Source: a candidate division WOR-3 bacterium
Lineage (GTDB): Bacteria > Hydrothermota > Tepidihabitantia > SM23-42
DNA length: 64,000 nt
NCBI GenBank assembly: GCA_016936155.1
Contig: JAFGPO010000081.1
Span: 5,172-69,171 of the forward strand
Direction of reading: 5' to 3'
A model generated the notes under the pieces. The model saw only the letters and a list, made by a program, of their open reading frames with translations. It was not told where the DNA came from and did no database searches. Positions 46,716 through 55,291 of the stretch are shown piece by piece; positions within the stretch are counted from its first letter, which is position 1; every line of letters begins with the position of its first letter. The position numbers and the translations under genes are program-made.

Positions 46716-47713
46716 AATATCTCCCTGATATCGATCTTTCCTGAACAACCACGGAAACAACGTCCGCATCCGGAACACGAGAAAAAACCCTCATTTTCTT
46801 TGAAATAGTTGAATTTGCACTGAAATCGGTTCCAAAACCGCTGATCGAGTTCACTGCGTGGATTGGCGCCGCCGCCGACCCGGGCATAGGCAGCATAGTA
46901 GCACGCATCCCACGTTCGCACACGCTCGTACTCTTTCCCCTTTGGGTAGTCGCTGAGCAAGAAACAGTAACAGGTAGGGCATGCATGCAAACATGCATGG
47001 CACTCAACACAGTCTTTGCGAGCCTCATGCTGCAGGTCTGGATCGGCATTCGCAACACGCGTTGCAAGATCCTCGTGGAATGGCTTCTTATTGATCGACG
47101 CAAGTCTCTTTTCCGCAGCAGCGCGTGCCTGATCGCGCTCTTTTTGATCTTCTCTCGTACACTCGATCAAAAACCTGCTGTGTTCATTGATGAGTTGCTC
47201 GCCTGCCTTTGTAAAGGCTTCAAACACATACCCCCGGTCAACGGGTGTCATGTTGATATCACAGATCGTCTCACCATAGGGACGCAATCCAACAAGATTA
47301 CAAAAACAACAGTCTTCCGGCTCTGGGCAGTCTGCTGACAGCAGTACTATACTCTCCCTTCTCTGTTTGTATCCAGGGTCAACGGGATCGCTCTTCAAGA
47401 AAACCCGATCATACACATCTATACCCCGGAGATCACAGTTTTTGACACCAATGATGATTTGCTTCTCCACGTTCAAATGTAAATCCTTTGGAAATTTGGC
47501 GACAACATCCCGGCTCGGGAACAGAAAGTGTTTCATGTTCTCTGCGGTCCGTATTGAAGAAAACACTGGTTCAAATGGCTTTCCCGGTTCGAATCTGACA
47601 AAATGAGCCTTTGATCCTTCTTTCTCAGGATAGAACACTGAACCAGTCTTGGATAATTGTGTTACAAAGGATAGTAGATTATCTGAGGGTAGAAGATAGA
47701 GTTTCATAGACAT
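46703..47713 (-). CDS. iron-sulfur protein (sulfhydrogenase-beta/FlxB/AsrA-like)
   Basis: 336 aa. CVECHACLHACPTCYCF and CSGCGRCFRGC. Paralog of 4039..5073. Confidence 0.8.
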   Translation of the reverse strand: MSMKLYLLPSDNLLSFVTQLSKTGSVFYPEKEGSKAHFVRFEPGKPFEPVFSSIRTAENMKHFLFPSRDVVAKFPKDLHLNVEKQIIIGVKNCDLRGIDVYDRVFLKSDPVDPGYKQRRESIVLLSADCPEPEDCCFCNLVGLRPYGETICDINMTPVDRGYVFEAFTKAGEQLINEHSRFLIECTREDQKERDQARAAAEKRLASINKKPFHEDLATRVANADPDLQHEARKDCVECHACLHACPTCYCFLLSDYPKGKEYERVRTWDACYYAAYARVGGGANPRSELDQRFWNRFQCKFNYFKENEGFFSCSGCGRCFRGCSGKIDIREILWKL

Positions 47714-48155
47714 TTATTATATCGATTTCTTTCTCACTGTCAAGAAATTCTGACCACCGGATCACTTTCTGCGCTAACAATCGCACCGGATCGCTGAAAT
47801 GCTCATAGGATTGCGGCGCAGCGCCCAGGAGCCATACCTCCGCGCCACACTGATCCTTGATGTACTCGTACATGGAACTGAAGGGAAGAACGTGAGTGGT
47901 CAGGGACAAGGGCTGACTTTTGAGTATTTCCTCATTCCTCAACAATACTGTTTGAGTAGGGATGTTTTCTACAGTATCAAGGAGGAGAACCAGGTCCGGT
48001 GCCATCCTGATGATCGTGTTAAGGTAGTTTTCGATATGCATTCCGCAATCGAGAGTCTTCATTTTCTTGAGAGTCCCTAGATGCTGGACGACATACGGAC
48101 CAAATCCGTCATCTCCACGTTCGATATTACCCATACCGCAGAGAAGTACTGTCAT
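47679..48155 (-). CDS. [NiFe] hydrogenase maturation endopeptidase (HycI/HyaD family)
   Basis: 158 aa. The N-terminal LLCGMGNIERGDDGFGPYV motif is typical of this family. Confidence 0.85.
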   Translation of the reverse strand: MTVLLCGMGNIERGDDGFGPYVVQHLGTLKKMKTLDCGMHIENYLNTIIRMAPDLVLLLDTVENIPTQTVLLRNEEILKSQPLSLTTHVLPFSSMYEYIKDQCGAEVWLLGAAPQSYEHFSDPVRLLAQKVIRWSEFLDSEKEIDIINVYETLSSTLR

Positions 48156-48162
48156 GTTTCGT

Positions 48163-48190
48163 AGTATATTGTTCCCTGTCCGATTGTCAA
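48163..48190 (-). promoter_or_regulatory. candidate sigma-70 promoter (TTGACA-N16-TATACT) for the hydrogenase operon
   Basis: The minus strand reads TTGACA (48190-48185), a 16-nt spacer, then TATACT (48168-48163). Only 7 nt (acgaaac) separate the -10 from the ATG at 48155, and no SD is present. Confidence 0.45.
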
Positions 48191-48210
48191 CCCAGACATG
48201 AACGATGAGG

Positions 48211-48238
48211 TTGATTTTTCGCGATATTTCCTTACAAT
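48211..48238 (+). promoter_or_regulatory. candidate sigma-70 promoter (TTGATT-N16-TACAAT) for the cupin gene
   Basis: TTGATT at 48211-48216 and TACAAT at 48233-48238. Only 6 nt separate the -10 from the ATG at 48245, and no SD is present. Confidence 0.4.
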
Positions 48239-48244
48239 ACTACC

Positions 48245-48613
48245 ATGATCATAAAACATCTCGCGGATATGTCGGAGATCGTGTCCGGGGACCGTGCACG
48301 GTTGCGCGAAGTGTTCAATCCACGTAAAGATCCGCTACAGCTCGGCTACAGCCTCGCCTGGGCGCTCGTTGAACCGGATAAAAAAACCACTCCCCACACA
48401 CTCACGTACTCGGAAGTGTACTATATTCTTCAAGGTTCTGGCATTATGCACGTAGGAGAGCACCATGCTGATGTTCGCGCTCATGATGCTATCTACATCC
48501 CTCCGCACGAGGTCCAGTGGATCGAAAATACCAACCCCCAACCCCTGATATTTCTGTGCATCGTTGATCCGGCATGGCACCCGGAGGCTGAACAGGTCCT
48601 TGAGGAAACATAA
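48245..48613 (+). CDS. cupin-domain protein
   Basis: 122 aa. The pattern PHTLTYSEVYYILQGSG...GEHHADVRAHDAIYIPP is a two-motif cupin signature. Confidence 0.8.
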   Translation: MIIKHLADMSEIVSGDRARLREVFNPRKDPLQLGYSLAWALVEPDKKTTPHTLTYSEVYYILQGSGIMHVGEHHADVRAHDAIYIPPHEVQWIENTNPQPLIFLCIVDPAWHPEAEQVLEET

Positions 48614-48629
48614 TATTACTAAAAAAACT

Positions 48630-49517
48630 ATGGATACCATGCACGTCGAACTGAATTTCATCGGGACGATCCACTCGCCCTTTACAACCAAGGAACAAGC
48701 ACCCCCCCAGGGTAAGGACACTATCGGAACGATCGAACTATTCAAGAAATTCCAAGATGGATTGAAGGACATCGAGGGGTTTTCTCACCTTCACCTTTTC
48801 TACTGGCTCCACCAGACGCACGAACCAGCCATGATCGTGCAAACGCCATGGGATGACACACCGCATGGGCTGTTCGCTGTCCGCTCCCCGCACCGCGTCA
48901 ATCCGATCGGATATGCGGTCGTTGAACTGCTTAAGATCGAACAGAACATACTGACAGTCAAAGGTATTGACGCCCTTGACGGCACGCCGGTCACTGACAT
49001 CAAACCATATATCAGCGATATCGATGCCCGACGCGGGACACGATCCGGGTGGCTCGGATCAGCACGCAGGCTCGAACCAAAAGCCTATTCGTTCAGCGTT
49101 ACATCACAGTGGCATCTCACTCAGCCCAGCCTGCTTAAAGGTGAAAACAAGGAACCGATTATTGTCGGTTGCCCGATCGAATTTGGCGGGACGACATCGA
49201 ACTGGAGCCCGGAACACCTCTTTGTCGGATCGATAAACGTCTGTATCATGACGACTTTTTTCTGGTTGCTCAGTCGAACCGATGTGCAGATCGAAGCGTA
49301 CGAAAGCACTTCTGTTGGCCGCGCATCACTCACACGGACCGGCTTCCGGTTCACCCACGTAACCGTAGAACCGCGCATCCAGATCAATGATGAAACACAG
49401 CGAGCATCCGTCTTAACGTTGCTCCATGACGCTGCAAAGCAATGCATGGTTACAAACTCACTGATCTGTCAGGTGTCGGTTCACCCGGTGATCGTGCTGC
49501 CCGCGTCAGGCACATGA
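48630..49517 (+). CDS. TrmO/TsaA-like (YaeB) domain fused to an OsmC/Ohr-family domain
   Basis: N-half: FIGTIHSPF...PPQG...GFSHLHLFYWLH...RSPHRVNPIG...LDGTPVTDIKPY. C-half: GGTTSNWSPEHLFVGSINVCIMTTF...AKQCMVTNSL. ATG at 48630. Confidence 0.8.
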   Translation: MDTMHVELNFIGTIHSPFTTKEQAPPQGKDTIGTIELFKKFQDGLKDIEGFSHLHLFYWLHQTHEPAMIVQTPWDDTPHGLFAVRSPHRVNPIGYAVVELLKIEQNILTVKGIDALDGTPVTDIKPYISDIDARRGTRSGWLGSARRLEPKAYSFSVTSQWHLTQPSLLKGENKEPIIVGCPIEFGGTTSNWSPEHLFVGSINVCIMTTFFWLLSRTDVQIEAYESTSVGRASLTRTGFRFTHVTVEPRIQINDETQRASVLTLLHDAAKQCMVTNSLICQVSVHPVIVLPASGT

Positions 49518-49569
49518 TCCGCATATTAGACTTGTTCCCTGTTTTTCGTACACCATTCTGGTTAGGGTG

Positions 49570-50307
49570 ATGACCGTTCCCCTTATTTTTCTGCTGTACG
49601 CCGTGTCCATTTCTCCCCAAGACTCGTTGCTTTTACCACGGGCTTGTGCAACAGCCAAGGTATACGGCAACGAGATCTTCTGTGCGCCGTTCACCGGAGC
49701 CACGGTATACCGTATCAGCAGTAACGGGACATTAAATGCGATCACGTTTGCCGACGTGCCAATCCGCATCGTTGATTTCAGCGTAACGCCGTTTGCGCTC
49801 TTCATAAACGATGGGATGCAAATCACGCGGTACTTCCTCAGCACGATGGATCGCGCGGTCGTCACCCGGGCGAATGATATCTCCGCGTTCGCGATCACCC
49901 GGTCCGAGGAAATTGTATACTCAAACCAGCGAACAAGAACGATCCATTTCCTTGACTACACCGGGCAGGAGAAGAACCGGTTCGAAGACCTCTTTGTCCG
50001 TGACCTGGCGATCGTTGATTCGCTCATCTACATCCTCACCAATACGGGCGTTACACTATACAACGAATTCGGTACTATCCGCGCGAAATACCCTCATAAA
50101 GGATCGTTAAACGGCATGCATGTGCAGGGTGGACGCATCTACTTATTCACACGGGGCAGACAACAACTGTTCACGCACACGGATGGACAGATCGCATCGT
50201 ACGATCTTCCTTATATATTGCAGGATATCTCCGGGAGTGATTCACTGATCTATGTTCTCGATGAGCGGGGTACTGTTCTCTATCGTTATCATAGTACAGA
50301 CTTCTGA
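49570..50307 (+). CDS. hypothetical secreted repeat protein (beta-propeller-like)
   Basis: Signal-like N-terminus MTVPLIFLLYAVSISP. Recurring blade-like motif approximately every 40 aa (DSLIYILTNTGVTLYNEFG, GGRIYLFTRGRQQLFTH, DSLIYVLDERGTVLYRY). Confidence 0.55.
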   Translation: MTVPLIFLLYAVSISPQDSLLLPRACATAKVYGNEIFCAPFTGATVYRISSNGTLNAITFADVPIRIVDFSVTPFALFINDGMQITRYFLSTMDRAVVTRANDISAFAITRSEEIVYSNQRTRTIHFLDYTGQEKNRFEDLFVRDLAIVDSLIYILTNTGVTLYNEFGTIRAKYPHKGSLNGMHVQGGRIYLFTRGRQQLFTHTDGQIASYDLPYILQDISGSDSLIYVLDERGTVLYRYHSTDF

Positions 50308-52987
50308 TCCGGATACAGCGTTTGCCGGATTGGACAGCTTGTACCAACGTTACAGCAGCGTCTGCCCGGATACGGGCCAGTATGATGTGTTGTTCGTACG
50401 GTCAACAGTCGATACGTTCGAACCGGGAATCGACCAACTGCGTATCAGCGGATCCAAGGATTTTCTGTTCGATATTGACGAGGGTTTCAACCAGGGTCTC
50501 AATGTGAATATCTCTGGTGATGTTGAAGGCGCCCAGATCGAAGGGAGCTTGAGTGACAAGAATGCACCATCATCGAGCGTGCGCCTTTCCGAGGTTGAAA
50601 AAGTACGGCTGCTCGCAGCGACCCGCAACTTCTCAGGAGGGATCGGGAACCTGGAACTCATCCTTCCTTTTGATGTGCAGGACGACATACAGGGAGTCCA
50701 GGCGGCCATTCACAGCGATAATCAGGAATACCGGCTTGGCGGTGCGTACGCGATCGACCGGGGAACCACCGAGCATGCGCGGTTCCAGGGTGAAGAAGGC
50801 AAACAGAGCCCCTACATGCTGGGCGGCGCGATCATCCCGGGGAGCGAGCGCATATATGTGGCACGCGGTATGAACATGCCGGTTCTAATGGCATGCGGGC
50901 AGGACTACACCATCGACTATGAACAAGGCATCCTCTCCTTCACGAACGAACAACTCATCACGAACCGCACGCGTATCGAAGTCGAGTATAAACGCGCTGT
51001 GCAGGACTACCCGGTTATCTACGCGGTCAGTGAAGGAACCGCAGCCTTTGAACATGCAGCGTTCTCAGGTATGGCGCGACGCCGCTGCCACGACAAAGAT
51101 GATCCCTTCTCGTTCACCCTGAGCCCGGCTGAGATCGACAGTCTCTATGCAGCCGGCGATACGGCACGGGTCGCTCATACCTATGCTGACACCTCATCCG
51201 CGGGTGATTATATCATCTCTGGCGACCACTTTGAATATGTCGGTCCGGAGAACGGCACCCATCTCGTAACCTATTTCTATGTCGGCGAGGGTAACGGGGA
51301 GTACGTATACGATCCCTTGATCAAGGCGTTCTCGTTCCAAGGACCGGGCAATGGGAATTACACGCCGACCAAATATGTCCCATTGCCGGAGCAGGAAGTA
51401 TTTTACGGATTCGGCAGTTCATTCTACGAAGCGCTCTGGCTCGATGTCTTTGCTTCCCGGCGCGATAAAAACCTCTACTCACCGTTTAATGACGACGACA
51501 ATACCGGCTATGGACTGCACAGCCGGATCGAGCGTACATTCGGCATGTTCTCAATCGATGGTGCCTATATCACGTATGATGAACGATTCCACGCCCCCTT
51601 TTACCGGAACGAAATAGATCTTCCCTTTCAATGGAATACCGGTGACTCGCTGAGCGAACTGGCGCAGGGAAGCCTTGCCATTACACCATGGTCCTTTCTC
51701 ATTGTACGTACTTCATGTGGAATGCTCAACCGCGAGCATTATCGCAAGACAATCAGCGTCCATCCATGGAGTATTTTTATCGGGTATGAAGGGATTGATT
51801 CGCTCGATACATACTACGCGGGTCTTAACCACCAATTCGGTCCCATTGCTGTACTCTCACGGTATGAACGCCGGGATTCAAGCCATTTGTTCGATTACGG
51901 ATTGTCATATTTTTTTCCAGGACAAACGCAGGTCGGTGTGCGCGGTTCGTATGACCGGGATACGCTCGGCACCGGGATCACGACCATTGCGGATCTGATC
52001 ACCCTGCCAATCACGGTCTCAATCGGCCATCGGCAATTTAACGATACAACATTTATATTCGGGGACACACGGTTTACCCTTGTCTATAAAAATCTCTCGA
52101 TTCAGGGCACGGCCGAACAGAGCCAGCGGTATCTTCAAAAAAGGGACGAAACATACGTACGGGTGGAACCGGGTACGGGTGATTATGTGTATGATCCCAT
52201 CACCAACACATATCTGGAACGGGAGAACGGCGACTATATACGCAAGGTATTTCTTCTCGATGAATTCGAACGGATCACGAGCCAGCGATATGACATCGAA
52301 ACGCGTCTTGTCGTATCGATCGCCGAGATCAACGGTCGAATCGGGTATACAGATGAAGAAGAATACCTGCGTATTGATAGCAACGCGTCGGTCCTGCTCG
52401 GCCAGGGGACGACCACCCTTGAGATCAGCGGACGACAGGATCTGTCCGAGGATAGCCGCTACAGCCTCTATTCAGTGTATGACCGCACGCGTCAGATCAC
52501 GCTTGTCCCGGTTATTGCCCGGTTATCAGGAAAAATCAGCATCCAGCAGCAGCTTGACCGGCTCGACACCCGGGTCCAAGAACAGCGGCAGGATTACAGC
52601 GGGGAGATCGCCTGTCGCATTGTCGAAAATCCCCTGTTCAAACCGCTTTTGGGGTATATGTACAGCGAGCTCTTTTCAGACTTTTTCAGCGATCTTGCGA
52701 TCCGCTTGAACACCTTGAAAGCCCGCCTGCTCGTGGGTATCATGGCAGGCAAGAAAGGACGGATCGAATTGACTGGTGAAGTGATCGACCGTATATATAA
52801 TAATATAGAAGGAATCCCATATTTCTTTACTGTCCGCGAACCGGCTGGATTTACGGAACGCATACAGCTCACTTCGAACCTGGGTGTCGGCACGAACACG
52901 GTGTTCGCGCTCAATTACTCGATCGAGTTTCCGCCGGATGGCGAACTCCGCCACAATCTCCGGCTCCAGACTACGATCCGGTTCTAA
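50252..52987 (+). CDS. large hypothetical protein, probable outer-membrane beta-barrel
   Basis: 911-aa uninterrupted ORF. Alternating-polarity strands in the C-terminal two thirds. The terminal ...LRLQTTIRF has a C-terminal aromatic residue as in OMP sorting signals. The only ATG starts (50252, 50261) overlap the upstream ORF by about 50 nt. Confidence 0.6.
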   Translation: MFSMSGVLFSIVIIVQTSDPDTAFAGLDSLYQRYSSVCPDTGQYDVLFVRSTVDTFEPGIDQLRISGSKDFLFDIDEGFNQGLNVNISGDVEGAQIEGSLSDKNAPSSSVRLSEVEKVRLLAATRNFSGGIGNLELILPFDVQDDIQGVQAAIHSDNQEYRLGGAYAIDRGTTEHARFQGEEGKQSPYMLGGAIIPGSERIYVARGMNMPVLMACGQDYTIDYEQGILSFTNEQLITNRTRIEVEYKRAVQDYPVIYAVSEGTAAFEHAAFSGMARRRCHDKDDPFSFTLSPAEIDSLYAAGDTARVAHTYADTSSAGDYIISGDHFEYVGPENGTHLVTYFYVGEGNGEYVYDPLIKAFSFQGPGNGNYTPTKYVPLPEQEVFYGFGSSFYEALWLDVFASRRDKNLYSPFNDDDNTGYGLHSRIERTFGMFSIDGAYITYDERFHAPFYRNEIDLPFQWNTGDSLSELAQGSLAITPWSFLIVRTSCGMLNREHYRKTISVHPWSIFIGYEGIDSLDTYYAGLNHQFGPIAVLSRYERRDSSHLFDYGLSYFFPGQTQVGVRGSYDRDTLGTGITTIADLITLPITVSIGHRQFNDTTFIFGDTRFTLVYKNLSIQGTAEQSQRYLQKRDETYVRVEPGTGDYVYDPITNTYLERENGDYIRKVFLLDEFERITSQRYDIETRLVVSIAEINGRIGYTDEEEYLRIDSNASVLLGQGTTTLEISGRQDLSEDSRYSLYSVYDRTRQITLVPVIARLSGKISIQQQLDRLDTRVQEQRQDYSGEIACRIVENPLFKPLLGYMYSELFSDFFSDLAIRLNTLKARLLVGIMAGKKGRIELTGEVIDRIYNNIEGIPYFFTVREPAGFTERIQLTSNLGVGTNTVFALNYSIEFPPDGELRHNLRLQTTIRF

Positions 52988-53806
52988 ATGAACGATATTT
53001 ACCGCACTTTTTACGAAACTGTCGGTCAACGGTATCCAGAAGATGATATCACCTATGCAACGATCAGCGGTATCATACGAAAAAAGTGGATCCAGCACAA
53101 AATGCAGGAGTTGGGAACAGGCAATCTGCTCGACTGCGGTTGCAATGTCGGACGAATATCCGCATGTTGGCGCCGTGGCGCTGTGTTCGGGATCGATATC
53201 TCGTATGCCGTGCTGACGCGGGGCAGGAACCTTTTCCCGAACACCCATTTCATGCACGGCGACCTGCGTAACCTGGCATTCATCCGCGATCGCTCGATCG
53301 ACAATGCGATCGCCTGTGAAGTGGTCGAGCATCTCGACACGCCCCATTTGTTTCTCGAACACCTGCACCGCGTTTTAAAAACAGGGGCCCGGGCATTGAT
53401 CACCGTGCCCGGGTATACACGGGAACATGTGACGTATATCCCGGTTGGCATCATGAGGAGCTATGGGGTGACTGCAGGCACTGACGGCGATTGCTATCTC
53501 CACCGCGCATACACGCCAGCCGAACTGACCGATCTTGCCCGGCGCGCGCACTTCACGGTCCTCGACTCAGGCGGCTTTGAGACCGAACTGCGCCTCTGGC
53601 AAAAACCATTGACCATGATCGAGCATCTCTTCTTTACCTTGAGCGCGCATCTCTGCCCCGCATCACGCTTCAACGTGCTGTTCCAGCGGACTATGGACCG
53701 GATAAAGATCAATGCCTTCATGATCCTCGATACGTTCGGTCTATCATTCCTGCTGAAGGCAGTGATCAAGCAAGGACGCCGCTCATACGTGGTACTGACA
53801 AAATGA
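52988..53806 (+). CDS. class I SAM-dependent methyltransferase
   Basis: 272 aa. Motif I LLDCGCNVGR, then FGIDIS and IDNAIACEVVEHL. Confidence 0.85.
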   Translation: MNDIYRTFYETVGQRYPEDDITYATISGIIRKKWIQHKMQELGTGNLLDCGCNVGRISACWRRGAVFGIDISYAVLTRGRNLFPNTHFMHGDLRNLAFIRDRSIDNAIACEVVEHLDTPHLFLEHLHRVLKTGARALITVPGYTREHVTYIPVGIMRSYGVTAGTDGDCYLHRAYTPAELTDLARRAHFTVLDSGGFETELRLWQKPLTMIEHLFFTLSAHLCPASRFNVLFQRTMDRIKINAFMILDTFGLSFLLKAVIKQGRRSYVVLTK

Positions 53807-54795
53807 AACTCCAGGAGTTCAATTACACGCTGCCCAAGGAGTTGATCGCGCAGCACGCGCTTGAAGATCGGGCGCAGGCGCGCCTTTTGATCCTCGACCG
53901 ATCATCTGACGCGATCATTCATACAACATTCGAACGCATCATCGACCATCTGTGCCCGGAAGATGTGATGATAATCAATAATACGAAAGTTTTCAAAGCA
54001 CGCCTTATTGCCCATAAAAAAACCGGCGGAAGGGTCGATATCCTGCTCACCGCGATCAAGAAACCTGATCAAGCGACCGCGATGATCTCCCATGCAAAAC
54101 GCACGATGATCGATACCGTACTTCAAATTTCAGATACGCACAACGCGCTTATAGCTGAAAAACATGGTTCGCTGTGCACCCTCACGTTCAACAAACCAGT
54201 GGAGGAGATCATTGAAATCCATGGTATCGTACCTCTTCCCCACTATATCAGACGTCCAGCAATACCAGAGGACGAACATGACTACCAGACGGTCTTTGCT
54301 CAAAAAACAGGTTCGATCGCGGCGCCGACTGCTGGACTTCATTTCACGGATGATATAATGCGCAAGTTGCGCCAAAAAGGGATCCTGATCCGCAAGATCA
54401 CATTGCATATCGGACCTGGAACATTCAAACCGATACGCGCGGAGCATGTTGAAGACCACATGATGGATGCTGAATACTACGAAATACCGGAATCGACCAT
54501 GCAGACGATCAAAAACGCCAAACGGATCATCGGGGTCGGAACCTCAGTATGCCGCGCCCTGGAAACCTATGCCCTCACCAATGAATGCAATGGCATGGCG
54601 GATCTCTTCATCCGCCCCGGTCATGAATTCAAAACTATCGATGCACTCATCACGAACTTCCACATGCCTTGTTCAACGCCGCTCGTTTTGGTCTCAGCGC
54701 TTGCGGGAAAGGATCGCATACTTAATGCGTACGAAGAAGCAAAAAAAGAAAAATATTGTTTCCTGTCGTATGGAGATGCCATGTTCATTACATAA
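53803..54795 (+). CDS. queA: S-adenosylmethionine:tRNA ribosyltransferase-isomerase
   Basis: 330 aa. MKLQEFNYTLPKELIAQHALEDRAQARLLIL, GSIAAPTAGLHFT, VGTSVCRALE, HMPCSTPLVLVSAL. Confidence 0.92.
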   Translation: MKLQEFNYTLPKELIAQHALEDRAQARLLILDRSSDAIIHTTFERIIDHLCPEDVMIINNTKVFKARLIAHKKTGGRVDILLTAIKKPDQATAMISHAKRTMIDTVLQISDTHNALIAEKHGSLCTLTFNKPVEEIIEIHGIVPLPHYIRRPAIPEDEHDYQTVFAQKTGSIAAPTAGLHFTDDIMRKLRQKGILIRKITLHIGPGTFKPIRAEHVEDHMMDAEYYEIPESTMQTIKNAKRIIGVGTSVCRALETYALTNECNGMADLFIRPGHEFKTIDALITNFHMPCSTPLVLVSALAGKDRILNAYEEAKKEKYCFLSYGDAMFIT

Positions 54796-54820
54796 AATCC
54801 CAAATACTGATTTCTAAATT

Positions 54821-55291
54821 TCAAATACTAAGTAGAAACATGACGGCACGACACCACGCAAGATAATCCCCAACGTAGGTGCCGACAGAGTCGCGCACCT
54901 CGACCGTCCCAAGACTGAGAAAGGTCGCATCAAATCCCCAGACGTTTTTTCCTGCAGGGAATGATTCGTCAGCATACCCGGTATGCATATCATAGTAAAA
55001 TTCCGGAATGTATCGAAGGTATTCAGCCGTGATTCCCGAGGTTTCGATGAATGCCAGACCAGCACCATTGTAGTAATTGCTCAAACACGGATCAATGCGT
55101 CCGGTGTACGCATACCCGCAACCAGCGGCGCGCGTCTGCGGGAATCAATAGAAACGTCGCACCCAGGTGAACATTTTCGCGAGGCCATGCATATACTGCC
55201 AGAGGCAGAAACTGACAGGCCGTAAGCAGAAAAAAAATACAGGACAAAACAGGTTTCTGTCCCTTATATAATATACAGTGTTGATGTTCAT
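54821..55291 (-). pseudogene. possible disrupted or recoded small ORF (in-frame TGA at 55145-55147)
   Basis: ATG at 55291 with GGAGG 7 nt upstream opens a frame that hits TGA at 55147-55145. The same frame then continues open to 54821 (track ORFs 55145..55342 and 54821..55084 are in one frame). An A8/T8 homopolymer lies at 55230-55237. A lipoprotein-like signal (FFLLTAC) sits in a second frame. Confidence 0.25.

Noticed and set aside
54796-54820. Direct 8-mer repeat CAAATACT (x2) in the gap between queA and the convergent small ORF.
   Set aside because: It is a single short repeat in AT-rich intergenic DNA with no hairpin or known motif. That is compatible with chance.
55145-55147. In-frame TGA as a selenocysteine codon.
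   Set aside because: The downstream hairpin starts only 2 nt after the TGA and does not resemble a bacterial SECIS in spacing. There are no sel genes in the window, and the flanking peptide has no redox motif. TGA is used as an ordinary stop in many ATGA overlaps here, so a genome-wide TGA reassignment is also excluded.
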